The notes under the pieces: generated by a model
Told to the model about the DNA's origin: nothing
Seen by the model: only the letters and a program-made list of their open reading frames with translations
Database searches by the model: none
In this document: positions 7,052 through 9,341 of the stretch, piece by piece
Layout: every line of letters starts with the position of its first letter
Position numbering within the stretch: position 1 is the first letter of the stretch
Translations under genes and position numbers: made by a program
Assembly (NCBI GenBank): GCA_048939465.1
Contig: JBHLPL010000076.1
Span: 1-9,341 of the forward strand
DNA from: Promethearchaeota archaeon
GTDB taxonomy: Archaea; Asgardarchaeota; Odinarchaeia; Odinarchaeales; JBHLKK01
Direction: 5' to 3'
DNA length: 9,341 nt

Positions 7052-7105
7052 AAACACTAACAAAAAACTCACAAAGTTTTTTAGTGTTGATTCTGTAGTT
7101 AGTTG
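7052..7105 (+). repeat. Conserved upstream element, copy 1 (before zinc-ribbon paralog 1)
   Basis: aaacactaacaaa...caaagttttttagtgttgattctgtagttagttg. 7072-7105 is nearly identical to 8638-8672. Perfect inverted repeat AACACTAA (7053-7060) / TTAGTGTT (7081-7088). Confidence 0.8.
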
Positions 7106-7124
7106 ATGGGAGGAGGGGAAAAGT

Positions 7125-7514
7125 TTGAGTACACGTGATAGAAAAGCCAGTGGTGTCATAGGTGGCTTGATGATACTCTTATTATTGGCACTTTACGGAT
7201 TCAGGTTTATTTCACGAATATTCGAATCGATTTCATTCGAAGTTATCTCCGTGTTCTTCATTTTTTTTGGCCTGGTGGGCATAATAATCTTTGGTATGTA
7301 CAGGTCTTCATCAAGACTAGCAGAGGTAGATGAACCTATGGATGATCCTACCACTAGCCCTGTTTACCACGAGGAATCAGCCCCCAAAGACTTCCAGTCA
7401 AAAACGCCGATGCTTTCGTGTCCTCATTGCGGTTATGAGAACCCGGCCGATGCTGATTTTTGCATAAGATGCGGTCGAGACCTGGATGTAACAGATGATG
7501 TAGCTCGATATTGA
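7125..7514 (+). CDS. Two-TM membrane protein with C-terminal zinc ribbon (zinc_ribbon_2/DZANK-like), paralog 1
   Basis: Two hydrophobic helices, an acidic/Pro linker and CPHCGYENPADADFCIRCGRDL. TTG start after GGAGGAGGGG. Confidence 0.85.
   Translation: MSTRDRKASGVIGGLMILLLLALYGFRFISRIFESISFEVISVFFIFFGLVGIIIFGMYRSSSRLAEVDEPMDDPTTSPVYHEESAPKDFQSKTPMLSCPHCGYENPADADFCIRCGRDLDVTDDVARY
7414..7480 (+). repeat. Dispersed direct repeat with 8975-9041 (zinc-ribbon coding region)
   Basis: 61 of 67 nt are identical by manual alignment, including an exact 23-mer gatgctgatttttgcataagatg (7449-7471 = 9010-9032). A second exact 15-mer, caggtcttcatcaag, occurs at 7301-7315 and 8862-8876. Confidence 0.9.
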
Positions 7515-7783
7515 GATCCGATTTTTTCTCTTGATTCATTATCTCACTCCAGTGGTATAAGCTCCAGACAGTCATCCTCTCTACCACCACCGATCCTTAT
7601 AGCCCTTCTTCTTCAATTCTACCTCTTCAAAGCCTTCAGGGTGTCTATCAAATCATCAAAAGCCATCCACTCAAAATCTCTTATATTCCAGAGAATTCCC
7701 CCTCACGCTCCAAAGGAAGGTCTGGTAAAAAAGCTAATATCTGACATACAGACACAGGGATTGCATGGAGGGGGTGATGGCTG

Positions 7784-8080
7784 ATGTATTTGGGTTTGGT
7801 ACTTCTAGTCGTGGGCATCCTTTCAATCTTATTCAGTCAATTGGCATTCTGGTTCAGGCTCCGTATGGAGTATGGCGGTGTAAAAAAGGCTTTTTTGCTG
7901 ATATTCGCGACTCGTTATGATGCCTCAGAAGAGGATATCAGAAAGGCTTCCGAGACTGAACTTGAAAAGCACCTCGAGAAGTTCCCGCTTGCTGAACGGT
8001 TATTCAACGTCCTTTATGGCAGCATTATCGGTCTTTTTTGTATACTTATGGGTGTCATACTTTCGGGATTAGGGATTTGA
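7784..8080 (+). CDS. Small membrane protein (N- and C-terminal TM helices around a charged loop)
   Basis: 98-aa ORF with SD GGAGGGGGTGA upstream. MYLGLVLLVVGILSILFSQLAFWF and LYGSIIGLFCILMGVILSGLGI are hydrophobic. Confidence 0.75.
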   Translation: MYLGLVLLVVGILSILFSQLAFWFRLRMEYGGVKKAFLLIFATRYDASEEDIRKASETELEKHLEKFPLAERLFNVLYGSIIGLFCILMGVILSGLGI

Positions 8081-8144
8081 GAAATAAGATCCTTGAGGTT
8101 GTCCTTCTATTCCTGAGATATAGTCTAAAAGAAATCCAGTTACT

Positions 8145-8183
8145 AAAACACCAGCAAAACAAGATTTGCAAAAATCTTTTTAG
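8145..8183 (+). repeat. Conserved upstream element, copy 2 (before paralog 2)
   Basis: aaaacaccagcaaaacaagatttgcaaaaatctttttag aligns closely with aaaacaccaacaaagcaagatctgcaaagtttttttag at 8614-8651. Confidence 0.75.
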
Positions 8184-8219
8184 CTTTGATATCACAGTTC
8201 TTGTTGGGGGAGTAGTAGT

Positions 8220-8597
8220 ATGAGTGATTCTAGTATGAGTGATTCTGAATTGGGGGCTCGGATTGCCCTACGTGTGCTGTTAACACTCGCTCTAGTATCA
8301 TTGGTTGTATTAGCGTTAGGATTAGCAGGTTTACCATGGTTCATCATAGGAGGTATAGCGATGGTTGCAATACTGGTCCTGGCGGCTTCATATCGATTTC
8401 AATTTTCAGTTGAACCTATAATTGAACCTACAACGGGATCCACTCTTGAAGAAGAAGATACATTAGAAGAAAGCAAAATCGAAACGACTGACCAATTGGT
8501 GCCTTCCGAAATCTCTTGTTCCAAATGTGGCTATAAGAACCCAAGTGATGCGCAATTCTGTATAAGGTGCGGTCGGGATCTAGAGGGAAGCCTATAA
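8220..8597 (+). CDS. Two-TM membrane protein with C-terminal zinc ribbon, paralog 2
   Basis: TM hairpin, acidic linker and CSKCGYKNPSDAQFCIRCGRDL. GGGGGAG upstream. Confidence 0.85.
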   Translation: MSDSSMSDSELGARIALRVLLTLALVSLVVLALGLAGLPWFIIGGIAMVAILVLAASYRFQFSVEPIIEPTTGSTLEEEDTLEESKIETTDQLVPSEISCSKCGYKNPSDAQFCIRCGRDLEGSL

Positions 8598-8613
8598 TCT
8601 TCATCCAATTATC

Positions 8614-8672
8614 AAAACACCAACAAAGCAAGATCTGCAAAGTTTTTTTAGTGTTAATTCGATAGTTAGTTG
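8614..8672 (+). repeat. Conserved upstream element, copy 3 (before paralog 3)
   Basis: Its 5' half matches copy 2 and its 3' half matches copy 1. Confidence 0.8.
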
Positions 8673-8679
8673 TGAGGGG

Positions 8680-9078
8680 ATGAGGAGTTTGAGTGAATGG
8701 TATAGAAAAACTGTCAGCATCATTGGTGCTGTGGTGATGCTCCTGGCATTGGCATTTTGTGGATTTATGGCATCGTTGCAAACATTCGGGGAGCCTTTCT
8801 TCACACTTATCCCCGTATTCGTTTTTATATTTGCCCTTCTGGGCTTGCAGGTCTTTGCCCGCAGGTCTTCATCAAGGGAAGCAGAGGTAGCTGAACTTGT
8901 GGCAGATTCTACCCCTGCCCCCTTTTATTATGAGGAAGCAAAACCCGAAGAAGTTGAATCAGAAACACCTATGGTTTCGTGTCCTGATTGCGGTTACGAG
9001 AACCCAGGGGATGCTGATTTTTGCATAAGATGTGGTCGAGATTTAGACATCAAAGATGACACAGCTCGATACCTATAA
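8680..9078 (+). CDS. Two-TM membrane protein with C-terminal zinc ribbon, paralog 3
   Basis: TM hairpin, RRSSSR stop-transfer segment, linker and CPDCGYENPGDADFCIRCGRDL. GAGGGG directly upstream; the TTG at 8689 aligns with the paralog 1 start. Confidence 0.85.
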   Translation: MRSLSEWYRKTVSIIGAVVMLLALAFCGFMASLQTFGEPFFTLIPVFVFIFALLGLQVFARRSSSREAEVAELVADSTPAPFYYEEAKPEEVESETPMVSCPDCGYENPGDADFCIRCGRDLDIKDDTARYL

Positions 9079-9107
9079 ACTGTTTCTTCTGACCAGTTTG
9101 GCCCTTA

Positions 9108-9341
9108 TCAAAGAAAGAAGTTTAATGTAGCGTGCACGATCAATACGATGTACACCCCACTTACGAGACCCACGTGGAGCGCCCTATTAAAATGAGGGGG
9201 AAAGACTTTTCCGCTTTTCGATTTAATGGGACGGTATCTATACAAATACCCCGTAGCAACAAGCAAAGTTACGAGAATATAGAGCGCTAATCCAGCACCT
9301 AGATCAGGATAAAATTGCAGTGGACGACTAAGTTGACCAGC
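9108..9341 (-). CDS. C-terminal 77 aa of a membrane protein entering from the right edge; possible heme-binding (cytochrome b / ferric-reductase-like) helix
   Basis: Open frame from 9341 to TGA at 9110-9108: AGQLSRPLQFYPDLGAGLALYILVTLLVATGYLYRYRPIKSKSGKVFPPHFNRALHVGLVSGVYIVLIVHATLNFFL. Two TM helices, the last with H-x13-H. Confidence 0.7.
   Translation of the reverse strand, partial: AGQLSRPLQFYPDLGAGLALYILVTLLVATGYLYRYRPIKSKSGKVFPPHFNRALHVGLVSGVYIVLIVHATLNFFL

Noticed and set aside
4442-8649. Homopolymer tracts (C7 at 4442-4448, T8 at 7261-7268, T7 at 8643-8649) as phase-variation switches
   Set aside because: They are short, the reading frames are intact, and such runs are expected at this base composition. 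Read-level length variation would be needed.
7052-8672. Repeats as a CRISPR array or transposon terminal inverted repeats
   Set aside because: There are only three degenerate copies at irregular gene-sized spacing, with no cas gene, transposase or target-site duplication.
7354-8804. ORFs 7354-7590, 8038-8223, 8428-8781 and 8601-8804
   Set aside because: They overlap the paralogous zinc-ribbon genes or their conserved upstream elements and have no independent support.
7414-9041. Repeat pair as the template/variable regions of a diversity-generating retroelement
   Set aside because: The six mismatches (c/g, t/c, g/a, c/g, c/g, c/t) are not adenine-specific, both copies are coding, and there is no reverse transcriptase in the window.
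1-9341. Inferring the MTase target from motif avoidance
   Set aside because: Common sites such as GATC, CCGG, GGCC and GCGC all occur, and a k-mer analysis on 9 kb by eye is not reliable.

Overview
This window looks archaeal, based on TATA-like boxes, GGTGA/GGAGG ribosome-binding sites, one apparently leaderless gene and a NurA/HerA pair. It has two parts. The left part (1-6358) is a mostly minus-strand island of nucleic-acid enzymes: a 588-aa three-domain protein (unknown N-terminal domain, GIY-YIG-like nuclease, YaaA/DUF6884-like domain), a NurA-family nuclease translationally coupled to a HerA ATPase with no mre11/rad50 in the window, and a methyltransferase with an N-terminal DCD (EVE/PUA-like) domain. 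The methyltransferase runs off the left edge and is missing from the ORF track. A small CxxC...CxxC protein gene lies on the opposite strand between herA and the methyltransferase. The right part (6497-9341) is a cluster of small, mostly membrane proteins, including three paralogous two-TM plus C-terminal zinc-ribbon genes that each carry a related upstream element, a 40-aa ORF with good expression signals, and a partial membrane gene with an H-x13-H motif. The best candidate for an undescribed system is the DCD-MTase / NurA(His-Asp swapped)-HerA / GIY-YIG-YaaA-like island, inferred to be a modification-linked defence module. All family assignments come from recognising motifs by eye; no database search was run.
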